NCBI GenBank assembly: GCA_947168935.1 | Contig: CAMVNV010000002.1 | Location: 683-64,682 of the forward strand | DNA from: an uncultured Butyrivibrio sp. | Lineage (GTDB): Bacteria; Bacillota; Clostridia; Lachnospirales; Lachnospiraceae | DNA length: 64,000 nt | Reading direction: 5' to 3' | In this document: piece after piece, positions 47,772 through 56,910 of the stretch | How the letters are laid out: every line of letters begins with the position of its first letter | Numbering within the stretch: the first letter of the stretch is position 1 | The notes under the pieces: generated by a model | What the model was told of the DNA's origin: nothing | What the model saw: only the letters and a program-made list of their open reading frames with translations | The model's database searches: none | Position numbers and translations under genes: made by a program

Positions 47772-48788
47772 ATGAATTTAAGAGATATTGCAAAACTGGC
47801 GGGAGTAAGCTCTGTCACGGTTTCTAACGTTATCAACGGCAATCACAACAAGGTTTCCAAGGAAACTATTGATAAGGTTAACAAGATAATCAAAGAAAAC
47901 AATTATGTGCCAAATGCTACGGCCAGGTCACTTGCAAGTAAGAAGAGCAGGATCATTGGTGTAGTTCTTCCATATGTTGGGATGGACGAGGATTTTTCAA
48001 GAAGTCCTTATTATGCCAGAATACTTGCCCTTTTGGAGAACTATATAAGGCAGCAGGGCTACTATATGATGATCCGCTGTACAGGTGGATGCGGAGAAGT
48101 TATTCCTCTTTTCAACACCTGGAATGTTGACGGTATGATCATTCTTGGAGCTGATAAGAGAGAAGTTAAGGACATCTCCGGAAGCATCAAGGTGCCTGTT
48201 GTTTACATAGACACTTATGCAGATGATTCTAAGATTGCTAACATTGGAATAGATGATTATAAGGGAGGGCTTCTTGGAGCCAGATATCTTCTTAGCAGAG
48301 GTCATAAGCATATCGCATATGCGGGCCCTTCAATAGACAGCCCCGGAGTTATCGGCCAGCGTTATAAGGGAATCTGCGATGCACTTGCTCAAAGAAACTT
48401 AACCCTTGATAAGGATCTTATCTTCGAGGCTCCGACTGACTACGAGGACGGAATAGAACTTGGTAAAAAAATAGCATTTGCCGGTAAAAAGGTAACTGCC
48501 ATAGTTTCTATGTCTGATGTCCTTGCTTTTGGTATCATGGAAGGCCTTAAGCTTAGCGGCTTTGTAGTCCCTGATGATATTTCCATCATTGGTTTTGACG
48601 GACTTCCCGAGTGCAGATACACTTCCCCGCATCTTACCAGTGTGTCTCAGAATCTGAGTAAAAAGGCCATACTTGCAGGCGAATATCTCTTTAAGATGAT
48701 CAAAGATAAAAAGAAAATAGTGGTTAACGAAATTGTTGATGTTGAAATTACAGAAGGAGATTCTGTAAGGACGATCAGACCTAATTAA
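47772..48788 (+). CDS. LacI-family transcriptional regulator
   Basis: LRDIAKLAGVS..TVS.VIN, Y.PN..ARSL, PDDISIIGFD. Confidence 0.95.
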   Translation: MNLRDIAKLAGVSSVTVSNVINGNHNKVSKETIDKVNKIIKENNYVPNATARSLASKKSRIIGVVLPYVGMDEDFSRSPYYARILALLENYIRQQGYYMMIRCTGGCGEVIPLFNTWNVDGMIILGADKREVKDISGSIKVPVVYIDTYADDSKIANIGIDDYKGGLLGARYLLSRGHKHIAYAGPSIDSPGVIGQRYKGICDALAQRNLTLDKDLIFEAPTDYEDGIELGKKIAFAGKKVTAIVSMSDVLAFGIMEGLKLSGFVVPDDISIIGFDGLPECRYTSPHLTSVSQNLSKKAILAGEYLFKMIKDKKKIVVNEIVDVEITEGDSVRTIRPN

Positions 48789-48804
48789 GGAGATTTTTAT
48801 ATCA

Positions 48805-51171
48805 ATGAATTACAAGTTTGATACAAGCAGGGCAAGATCAGATAGTTCCCTGCTTGTGCAAGGAGATAAGTATAGATTTACGGTTCTTACATCAAGGCTC
48901 ATAAGGATGGAGTACTCTGAAGAGGGCGTTTTTACTGACAAAGCCACCTGGCTTGCCGTAAACAGAAACTTTGAAAGGCCCAAGTTTACTGTAAGTGAGA
49001 CTAAAGATAGTCTCGAGATAATTACTAAAGACCTGCACTTATACTATGACAAAGAATCTTTTTCCAAAGAAGGACTTAGTATACATCTTAGCGGCGACTT
49101 TACACTTCATGGATCAAGATGGTCATATGGAGACGAGGTCAGGACCCTTGGAGGAACGGCAAGGACCCTTGATGAAGCAGATGGCCCTATTCCGATCGAA
49201 GATGGTCTTATGTCAACTGAGGGCTTTACTGTTTTAGACGATTCAAGATCAGAAATTTTACAAGAAGACGGCTTCATGGCTCCGAGAAAAGAGGGAGTCA
49301 CGGATCTGTATTTTTTTGGCTACGGAAGGGACTATAAGGGCTGCCTTAAGGACTTTTTCCATTTAAGCGGAGAAGTCCCCATGCTTCCAAGATACGCTCT
49401 TGGCAACTGGTGGAGCAGGTATTACAAATATACGCAGAAGAGCTATTTGGAGCTCATGGACAGATTTGACCAGGAGGGCATACCGATCTCAGTCGCAGTA
49501 ATAGACATGGACTGGCATATCACAGATGTGCCCAAAGAATACGGATCAGGCTGGACCGGTTACACCTGGAATAAGGACCTGTTCCCGGATCCCAAGGGAT
49601 TTCTTTATGAGCTTCATGCAAGGAATATGCATACTACCCTCAATGTTCACCCGGCTGACGGGGTAAGAGCTTTTGAAGATGCCTATGAAAATATAGCAAC
49701 AGATATGGGCATAGATCCTTCTACCAAGCAGAAGATTCCTTTTGATGCCGCAAATAAGAAGTTCATGGAGTGTTATTTCAAAGATCTTCATCACCCTCTT
49801 GAGGATGAAGGAGTTGATTTCTGGTGGATAGACTGGCAGCAGAAGAATGGATCAAGCGTTAAGGGAATTGATACCCTTAAGATGCTCAATCACCTTCATT
49901 TTATTGACAATGGCGCAAGAAATGGGCATCCCATGACCTTTTCAAGATTTGCAGGAATAGGAAGCCACAGATATCCCATAGGCTTTTCGGGAGATACTGT
50001 TGCAACCTGGGCATCTCTTGAGTTTCAGCCATATTTTACAGCGACAGCCACCAATGCAGGTTATACCTGGTGGAGTCACGATATTGGCGGACACATGAAC
50101 GGCGAACATGATGATGAGAGGACATTAAGGTGGATTCAGTTTGGCGTCTTTTCACCTATAATGCGACTTCACAGTACCTCCAATATCTTCCTGGGAAAAG
50201 AGCCTTGGAAATACGCAGCATATGTTCAGCCTGCCATGAAGGAATTCCTTAAGCTAAGAAATAAGCTTATTCCATACCTCTATACCATGAATCACCTTAC
50301 TCATACAAAAGGTATGCCGCTTATAATGCCTATGTATTACATGCATGGGGATGATGCAGCTTACTATGTTCCTAACGAGTACTATTTTGGAGAAGACATC
50401 ATTGTAAGTCCTATAGTTAAGCCTTCTAATCCTGTTACAAAGCGCTCTGAAGTTATGACCTGGATCCCCGAAGGAACCTACTATGACTTCTTTACAGGTC
50501 TTGTCTACAAGGGTGATAAAAAGATCAAGCTATACAGGGATATTGATTCAATACCTGTCCTTGTCAAAGCTGGAAGCATAATCCCTATGGCAGGAGACTA
50601 TAAAAAGGCCCATGTTGAGAACCCGCATGAGATGGTCCTTAACATGTATCACGGAGCAAATGGCGCGTTTACGATCTATGAAGATGATGCAGAAGATCCT
50701 GACCAAAAAGCTTTCACCAAGGTGGAATATATCTGCGATGAAGGAAATACATGTCGCATTCTTATATCTGTAACAGGTGATACTGACGTTATTCCAAAGG
50801 ATCGCAGATACCTGATCAAACTAAACGGAGTTAATGAAGTCGTAAAGGTAACAGCAACCTGCGGCGAGCTTCCTTTTTCATATGATGGTGAGAAAAAAGT
50901 TCTCGAATCAGGCATTGACTTAGACAAGTTTGCAGATGGAGAAATAGAGCTAAAAGTAGAATTTAAGGATGCCGGCATAGCTCAGCAGGATATAGAAAGA
51001 ATGCTCTTTGAGCTTCTTCAGGCTGCATGTATCAGCTATAACCTTAAGCAGGATATTTATTTTAGATTTATAAACAGAAACTCAGATACAGATTTTCTTG
51101 CAAGTGTCTTTGCTATGAATGTGGAACCGGACCTTTATGGTGCAATAGCAGAGCTTGTTACAGCATTATAA
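48805..51171 (+). CDS. GH31 glycoside hydrolase (GH31_u1-like alpha-glucosidase)
   Basis: LGNWWSRY, VIDMDWH, WWIDWQQ nucleophile, GSHRYPIGFSGD, WSHDIGG. Confidence 0.9.
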   Translation: MNYKFDTSRARSDSSLLVQGDKYRFTVLTSRLIRMEYSEEGVFTDKATWLAVNRNFERPKFTVSETKDSLEIITKDLHLYYDKESFSKEGLSIHLSGDFTLHGSRWSYGDEVRTLGGTARTLDEADGPIPIEDGLMSTEGFTVLDDSRSEILQEDGFMAPRKEGVTDLYFFGYGRDYKGCLKDFFHLSGEVPMLPRYALGNWWSRYYKYTQKSYLELMDRFDQEGIPISVAVIDMDWHITDVPKEYGSGWTGYTWNKDLFPDPKGFLYELHARNMHTTLNVHPADGVRAFEDAYENIATDMGIDPSTKQKIPFDAANKKFMECYFKDLHHPLEDEGVDFWWIDWQQKNGSSVKGIDTLKMLNHLHFIDNGARNGHPMTFSRFAGIGSHRYPIGFSGDTVATWASLEFQPYFTATATNAGYTWWSHDIGGHMNGEHDDERTLRWIQFGVFSPIMRLHSTSNIFLGKEPWKYAAYVQPAMKEFLKLRNKLIPYLYTMNHLTHTKGMPLIMPMYYMHGDDAAYYVPNEYYFGEDIIVSPIVKPSNPVTKRSEVMTWIPEGTYYDFFTGLVYKGDKKIKLYRDIDSIPVLVKAGSIIPMAGDYKKAHVENPHEMVLNMYHGANGAFTIYEDDAEDPDQKAFTKVEYICDEGNTCRILISVTGDTDVIPKDRRYLIKLNGVNEVVKVTATCGELPFSYDGEKKVLESGIDLDKFADGEIELKVEFKDAGIAQQDIERMLFELLQAACISYNLKQDIYFRFINRNSDTDFLASVFAMNVEPDLYGAIAELVTAL

Positions 51172-51207
51172 ATAGACGTTCTTTTTACCTATCATGGAGA
51201 AACTAAA

Positions 51208-51252
51208 GTTGTGAAAATTGTGTACAACCTTATGCAATTTTCACAATTTTTT
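51208..51252 (+). terminator. Terminator after GH31
   Basis: TTGTGAAAATTG...CAATTTTCACAA followed by a T run. Confidence 0.6.
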
Positions 51253-51259
51253 GCCTGGT

Positions 51260-51369
51260 AGATTTAGCGGTTAACTACAAATCGTATTTTCACACCTTAA
51301 ATTAATTGCAATATTATTGACAAAGTGTTGATATTAGATTACCATCACGTATAGTTAACCGCTTAACCA
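51260..51369 (+). promoter_or_regulatory. ABC operon promoter with two LacI operators
   Basis: AGATTTAGCGGTTAACTA (51260-77); TTGACA-N17-TACCAT (51317-45); TAGTTAACCGCTTAACCA (51352-69). Confidence 0.8.
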
Positions 51370-51426
51370 AAACATCAAATAATGCACATCTAATAAATCA
51401 AAAAGAGAAGGAGTGTAAAGATTATT

Positions 51427-52701
51427 ATGAATCACAAGAAACTATTAAGCTTAGTTATGACAATGGGGATTGTTGCAAGCGTAGTTACAGGCTGTTCAGG
51501 TAAGAATGCAGGAGCTTCTGGCGCAGGCGCGGATCAGAAAGAAACAGCTTCTTCCGGGGATGTCAAAAATGTAAGTCTTAAAGTATGGAGCCCTGAAGAA
51601 GACATAGATCTTACACAGACAATGTGTGATGAATTTGCTAAGGCTCACCCTGAATACAATATCACCTGGGATATCTCGATCACTAATGTTGATGAATCCT
51701 GTGATGCACTTACAACAGATGCGGACACCGCAGCAGACGTTTTTATCATGCCATCAGGTTCAGTATCTCAGCTTGTAGATGCTGGTCTTTTATATCCGAT
51801 CACATATGATCAGGAGAACATAAATGCAATGTACAGCGAGAATGCTCTTGATGCATGTTCCAAGGATGGTATCCTTTACGGAATTCCTTCAACTCCAAAC
51901 TCATGGTTCATGTATTACAACAAGACAATGTACACAGAGGATGAAGTTAAGAGTCTTGATACTATGATGGCCAAGGACCTTGGAGATGGAATCGCAAACT
52001 TCTCATGTACAGTTGCAAACTCCTGGTATATAGAAGCATTCTTCTACGGCGCAGGCTGCACACTTTATGGCGCAGATGGAACAGACCCTAAGGACTGCAC
52101 ATGGAACAATGCTGATGGAGTTGCTGCAGGAGAATATCTGATCGACCTTGTTAATAATCCTAAGTACCTTGAGGATCAGGACGGAATCGCCGGTGCACGT
52201 ATGAAAGAGGGAACACTTGCAGCCCTTTGCTCAGGAACATGGGCTTATACAGAACTGTATGAAGTACTTGGTGATGATCTTGGAGCAGTAGCTCTTCCTA
52301 CATTTACGATCAATGGTAAAGAGGCTCAGATGAGTAACTTCGCAGACTATAAGTGCTATGCAGTTAAGTCTGGAACCAAGGAGCCCCTTGCAGCACAGCA
52401 GCTTGCTGAGTGGTTTGCCAACGAGCAGAACCAGCTTGCAAGATATGAAGCTAATGCAACAACACCTACATGTCTTTCACTTCAGGACAATGAGCAGATC
52501 AATGCAAATGTTGCTACAGCAGCACTTCTTGCTCAGACAGCTTATGCTGTACCACAGCCTGCTATCTCACAGATCAACGAGTATTGGACTCCTGTAGAAG
52601 CTTTTGGTACAGGTATCGTTAACAAAGAGATAACCAAGGACAATCTCAAAGATAATCTTGATACTGTTGTAAGCAGTGTAACATCAAGCCTTACAGAATA
52701 A
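51427..52701 (+). CDS. Sugar ABC transporter substrate-binding lipoprotein (MalE/GanS-like)
   Basis: Lipobox VTGC, LKVWSP, ADVF, MYYNK, SGTW, LPT. Confidence 0.9.
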   Translation: MNHKKLLSLVMTMGIVASVVTGCSGKNAGASGAGADQKETASSGDVKNVSLKVWSPEEDIDLTQTMCDEFAKAHPEYNITWDISITNVDESCDALTTDADTAADVFIMPSGSVSQLVDAGLLYPITYDQENINAMYSENALDACSKDGILYGIPSTPNSWFMYYNKTMYTEDEVKSLDTMMAKDLGDGIANFSCTVANSWYIEAFFYGAGCTLYGADGTDPKDCTWNNADGVAAGEYLIDLVNNPKYLEDQDGIAGARMKEGTLAALCSGTWAYTELYEVLGDDLGAVALPTFTINGKEAQMSNFADYKCYAVKSGTKEPLAAQQLAEWFANEQNQLARYEANATTPTCLSLQDNEQINANVATAALLAQTAYAVPQPAISQINEYWTPVEAFGTGIVNKEITKDNLKDNLDTVVSSVTSSLTE

Positions 52702-52717
52702 GTTTAGGAGGCATCCC

Positions 52718-54079
52718 ATGGCAAAACGGGAGCAAAAAACAAATCCGGTTTCAATTTTTATCCAGGGTGACAGTATAACCAAGCTGTCATACCTGGTATG
52801 GGGCCTCGGAAATATTGTCCGGGGTCAGGTGACAAAAGGTCTTATATATCTTTTGTTAGAAATACTATACATTTGGTTTATGATATCAAGTGGCATCCAC
52901 AACATCATCATGATGGGAACACTTGGAACCAGTACTCAGGGAATGACCTTCAATGAAGAGATAGGTATCTACGAGATCACTCAGGGTGATAACTCCATGC
53001 TTATCCTTTTGTACGGCGTTATAGCAATAGTTGTTTCAGCCATCTTCTTTGGAGTATGGATGTCTTCTGTATATTCGGGCCAGATGGTTTATAAACTCAG
53101 GCAAGGAGGACATCCGGTTCCGACATTCAGGCAGGATCTAAAGAGTCTTGTAGATGGTAACATCCACAGGCTGTTTCTCTTTTTCCCGATGCTTGGAATC
53201 ATAGTATTTACGGTAATGCCGCTTATATACATGATCCTTATGGCATTCACCAACTATGACGCTGAACACCAGCCGCCTGGCAATCTTTTTACATGGGTTG
53301 GACTTGAAAACTTCAGGCTTCTTTTGTCATCAACAGATACGCTTTCAGCAACCTTCTGGCCTATACTTGGCTGGACACTTGTCTGGGGCTTTGTAGCAAC
53401 TTTTTCCTGCTACTTTTTTGGAATCTTTCTTGCAATGCTCATTAACTCAAAAGGCATCAAGGGCAAAAAAGTCTGGAGAACGATTTTCGTAACAGCAATG
53501 GCTATACCAACCTTTATCTCTCTTCTGGTTGTATCAACAATGCTTGGAAAAAACGGTATCGTCAATGTTCTTCTCCAGACCTGGGGATTTACAACTCAGG
53601 CACTGCCTTTTTTGACTAACGGACTTTGGGCTAAGGCAACAGTTATCGTTGTAAACCTTTGGGTTGGCGTTCCTGTTACGATGCTTATGGTCAGCGGAAT
53701 CCTTATGAATATCCCGGCTGAGCTTTATGAAAGCGCGGCTATAGATGGGGCAGGACCTGTGACGGTTTTTGTTAAGATCACCTTCCCTTATATGCTGTTC
53801 ATTACAACTCCATACCTTATCACGAACCTTATCAGTAACTTTAATAACTTTGGCGTTATCTATTTCCTTACTGGCGGTGAGCCCAACACTCTCAATTACT
53901 ATAAGGGCGCGGGCAAGACAGATCTCCTTGTAACATGGCTTTACAAGCTGACCAAGGATAGTAAGGACTATAACCTTGCAGCATCAATAGGTATCATCAT
54001 TTTCATTATCTCAGTGGTATTTTCTCTGATTTCCTATTCGAGATCCAAGGCACTTAAGGATGAGGAGGGATTCCAGTGA
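52718..54079 (+). CDS. Sugar ABC permease (MalF/GanP-like)
   Basis: AFTNYD, WVGLENF, EAA motif LYESAAIDGA, NFNNF, TDLLVTWLY. Confidence 0.92.
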   Translation: MAKREQKTNPVSIFIQGDSITKLSYLVWGLGNIVRGQVTKGLIYLLLEILYIWFMISSGIHNIIMMGTLGTSTQGMTFNEEIGIYEITQGDNSMLILLYGVIAIVVSAIFFGVWMSSVYSGQMVYKLRQGGHPVPTFRQDLKSLVDGNIHRLFLFFPMLGIIVFTVMPLIYMILMAFTNYDAEHQPPGNLFTWVGLENFRLLLSSTDTLSATFWPILGWTLVWGFVATFSCYFFGIFLAMLINSKGIKGKKVWRTIFVTAMAIPTFISLLVVSTMLGKNGIVNVLLQTWGFTTQALPFLTNGLWAKATVIVVNLWVGVPVTMLMVSGILMNIPAELYESAAIDGAGPVTVFVKITFPYMLFITTPYLITNLISNFNNFGVIYFLTGGEPNTLNYYKGAGKTDLLVTWLYKLTKDSKDYNLAASIGIIIFIISVVFSLISYSRSKALKDEEGFQ

Positions 54080-55344
54080 TGAATAAAGATAAGATCGTAA
54101 TAGGCATAAGATTAAAGAACTTCAGGATCGCACTTATAGCAGATGTGATACTTTTGTTAAGCCTCTTTTTACCAATGACAAGTTCAGGCTTTGACGGCGG
54201 CTCCGTGGTAGCGATTGTAAAGAAATTGACGGAAGCTGGAAGTGGCGGGAGATATTTGTATTTTGCAGGTATAGCTTTTGTATTGTTTCAAACTGCACTG
54301 TCTATTTTTTCTAATATAAGACCTGGGAAAAAAGCTGGAACAGTCTGGATGGTCTTTGCAGCATTAAATACTATAGTTATCACTGTTGAGCTTTTTGCAA
54401 GTAAGCTGATATTCGACGGTGCATCACTTTCTGAACAGAAATTCCTTGTTAAGGACTTTGGACTTGGCTTTTGGATAAGCTTTATAGCTGCGTATGTATC
54501 CCTTGTTTATGTAATGAAGGGGATGAGGGTACATACAGGTTATATTGTACTTGTGATACTCAGTATCATATGGCTTTTCCCTATCTTGTGGATTGTACTT
54601 ACTGCTTTCAGAGGCGAGGGAGGATATTATGTCGGATATTTTTTCCCTAAGAATCTGACCTTTGATAACTTTATAAAGCTTCTTAGTCCCGGCAGTATCA
54701 TCCCGTTTAGAAAGTGGTGGGTCAATACCTTTATAGTTGCGGTATGTACATGCCTTCTTTCTACCATAATAATACTTGCAACGTCCTATACCTTAAGCAG
54801 GACCAGGTTTGCAGGGCGCAAGACCCTTATGAAGTTCATGCTCATAATCGGTATGTTTCCTGGATTTATGTCAATGATCGCAGTTTATAACATCTTAAAG
54901 GGAATAGGGCTTTCACAGACACTGGCAGCTCTTGTTATAGTTAGCGCTGCAGGCTCGGCAATGGGCTACTATATCTGCAAAGGATTTTTTGATACAATTC
55001 CAAAGTCTCTGGACGAAGCGGCTACTATAGATGGTGCAACCAAATGGCAGACTTTTATAAAGATTACCATTCCCCTCTCAAAACCTATCATCATCTATAC
55101 GATCCTGACTTCGTTCCTCGGGCCTTGGACAGACTATATTTTCCCAAGTATGGTCCTTGGAGACAAGCAGGAATCCTATACAGTAGCGGTAGGTCTTAAG
55201 TGGCTTACAGATTTTCAGAGAATAGACAGCTACTACACACAGTTTGCAGCAGGCGCACTTATGGTGTCTATACCGATAGTGATACTTTTTATAGTATTGC
55301 AAAGGTTTTACGTAGAAGGACTGTCGGGATCTGTAAAGGGTTAG
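54076..55344 (+). CDS. Sugar ABC permease (MalG/GanQ-like) with an N-terminal membrane extension
   Basis: KGFFDTIPKSLDEAATIDGA, FAAGA, LQRFYVEGL.GSVKG. Confidence 0.9.
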   Translation: MMNKDKIVIGIRLKNFRIALIADVILLLSLFLPMTSSGFDGGSVVAIVKKLTEAGSGGRYLYFAGIAFVLFQTALSIFSNIRPGKKAGTVWMVFAALNTIVITVELFASKLIFDGASLSEQKFLVKDFGLGFWISFIAAYVSLVYVMKGMRVHTGYIVLVILSIIWLFPILWIVLTAFRGEGGYYVGYFFPKNLTFDNFIKLLSPGSIIPFRKWWVNTFIVAVCTCLLSTIIILATSYTLSRTRFAGRKTLMKFMLIIGMFPGFMSMIAVYNILKGIGLSQTLAALVIVSAAGSAMGYYICKGFFDTIPKSLDEAATIDGATKWQTFIKITIPLSKPIIIYTILTSFLGPWTDYIFPSMVLGDKQESYTVAVGLKWLTDFQRIDSYYTQFAAGALMVSIPIVILFIVLQRFYVEGLSGSVKG

Positions 55345-55420
55345 TAGTTTCTTTGAGAATGTCTGAAAAAGTCGAGTAATATAAACATTGTAACTATGTT
55401 GTATAAATGACCTATTTAAA

Positions 55421-55457
55421 AGGGAGTCTTGGAGCATGTAGCTTCAGGACTCTTTTT
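55421..55457 (+). terminator. Terminator of the ABC operon
   Basis: GGGAGTCTTGGAGC-N5-GCTTCAGGACTCTTTTT. Confidence 0.75.
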
Positions 55458-55605
55458 AATGGTAAAAAAGTGAATAATATATGGCCAAGTACATAAGAGT
55501 ATAAAATTTTTTAACAATATGTTATAATTTCTGCCAAGCTTTGTCTTTTTGGGGAAGATAAAATTTTTTTAAGTTTTTAAGTTTGAACTTTTGGAGGAAA
55601 GTGGT

Positions 55606-56037
55606 ATGGAATTACAGGAAATTCAAAAACTCGTAGCTGCAGGCTACACCAAAGAAGAGATAGATGCTTTAGACAAGGAGCAGAAAAAGCAGCAGGACGA
55701 GACTTTTTGGCAGGATATGTCATCTAAACAGCCTCAGGAAGGAAGCGAAGATTATCAGGTAAGAGATTATTTATGGAAACAGAAAAATCTCGAGCTGGCT
55801 GAAAAATACAGTAAAAGAACCTATATCTGGGCTTTACTTGGAATCTGGCCAGCAACGTTTTTTGGATCAATTGTGGCACTGATATATTCTTCAAAAGCAA
55901 AAAAATTTGGAGGAGAATATAACAGTAAAAGAAAACTGGGAAAAAAGATAGCTGTTATAGAGCTTATACTTATTCCTGCGGTGGCATGTTTAGCCCCGTT
56001 TATCTTATTTATAGGTCTTCTGGATATGCTCTTTTGA
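55606..56037 (+). CDS. Small membrane protein, CD225/dispanin- or DUF4190-like
   Basis: GGAGG RBS; FFGSIVALIYSSKA followed by a second TM segment. Confidence 0.6.
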   Translation: MELQEIQKLVAAGYTKEEIDALDKEQKKQQDETFWQDMSSKQPQEGSEDYQVRDYLWKQKNLELAEKYSKRTYIWALLGIWPATFFGSIVALIYSSKAKKFGGEYNSKRKLGKKIAVIELILIPAVACLAPFILFIGLLDMLF

Positions 56038-56053
56038 TGCATCACCTATAAAT

Positions 56054-56175
56054 GTGTAGCGTATATTGCTTGATCAGGGCTGGGAGTTTCGAAAAGGATT
56101 TCTTGATATGGTGCAGACTGCAGAAGATGGAAATGGAGTACTCGTTAATCTTCCACATGATGCCATGATAGGAGG
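56054..56175 (+). pseudogene. N-terminal remnant of a GH2 glycoside hydrolase
   Basis: RILLDQGWEFR...VNLPHDAMIG is typical of GH2 N-termini; preceded by in-frame TAG, similarity lost after ~40 codons. Confidence 0.65.
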
Positions 56176-56338
56176 CGCCGTTATCACTAACTGTAAAATC
56201 AAATTAATTAGTCATATAGGAGGAACATCGGAGCGATTTTTTGATACAATAGTAGTTGTAAAAATGATAACAAAATATATGTAAAAGTGTCTTTGCCATG
56301 CAACTTCTTTGAGACAGCGTTTTACAAGGGGGGAATCT

Positions 56339-56683
56339 ATGGAAACTGTCATTTCTGTAGCAGATAACTATATATATTACATTGTTGAACTCTGTACCAT
56401 CATCATGGAACTCTTCGGTGTAATGATCCTTGTTTTTACAGCGATCAAAAGCTTCGCCGAATGGTTCAAAAAAGATGAGAACATAAGGCTCCACCTTGCT
56501 CAGGGAATAGCACTTGCACTTGAGTTTAAGCTTGGCGGAGAGGTCCTTAGAACTGTTGTAGTAAGAGAATGGTCAGAGCTTGGAATTCTTGGCGCTATCA
56601 TACTTCTTAGAGGCGTCCTTACCTTCCTTATCCATTGGGAGATCAAGAACGAGAAGAATGAGATCGCGCAGAATGAAAAATAG
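56339..56683 (+). CDS. DUF1622 membrane protein
   Basis: IRLHLAQGIALALEFKLGGEVLRT...LGAIILLR..L...IHWEI. Confidence 0.88.
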   Translation: METVISVADNYIYYIVELCTIIMELFGVMILVFTAIKSFAEWFKKDENIRLHLAQGIALALEFKLGGEVLRTVVVREWSELGILGAIILLRGVLTFLIHWEIKNEKNEIAQNEK

Positions 56684-56738
56684 ATTTTGTAATTAAATAG
56701 AAAAATAGTGATCTGATTGTATAGAGTAAGATTTTAAT

Positions 56739-56773
56739 CCCTGTTCGCAGTCCTGTGAGCAGGGTGTTTTTTT
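56739..56773 (+). terminator. Intrinsic terminator
   Basis: CCCTGTTCGCAG-TC-CTGTGAGCAGGG followed by a T8 run. Confidence 0.75.
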
Positions 56774-56910
56774 ACAATGTTTTTAAATGGAACTTGATGA
56801 ATTTATTGATGATAAAGATCACAAAATGGAGTCTTTAGCTGCTTGTCTATAAAAAATGGTAATGGTAAGATATCAGCGTATGAAAAAATTTTAATGTTAG
56901 GGGAAAAGCT

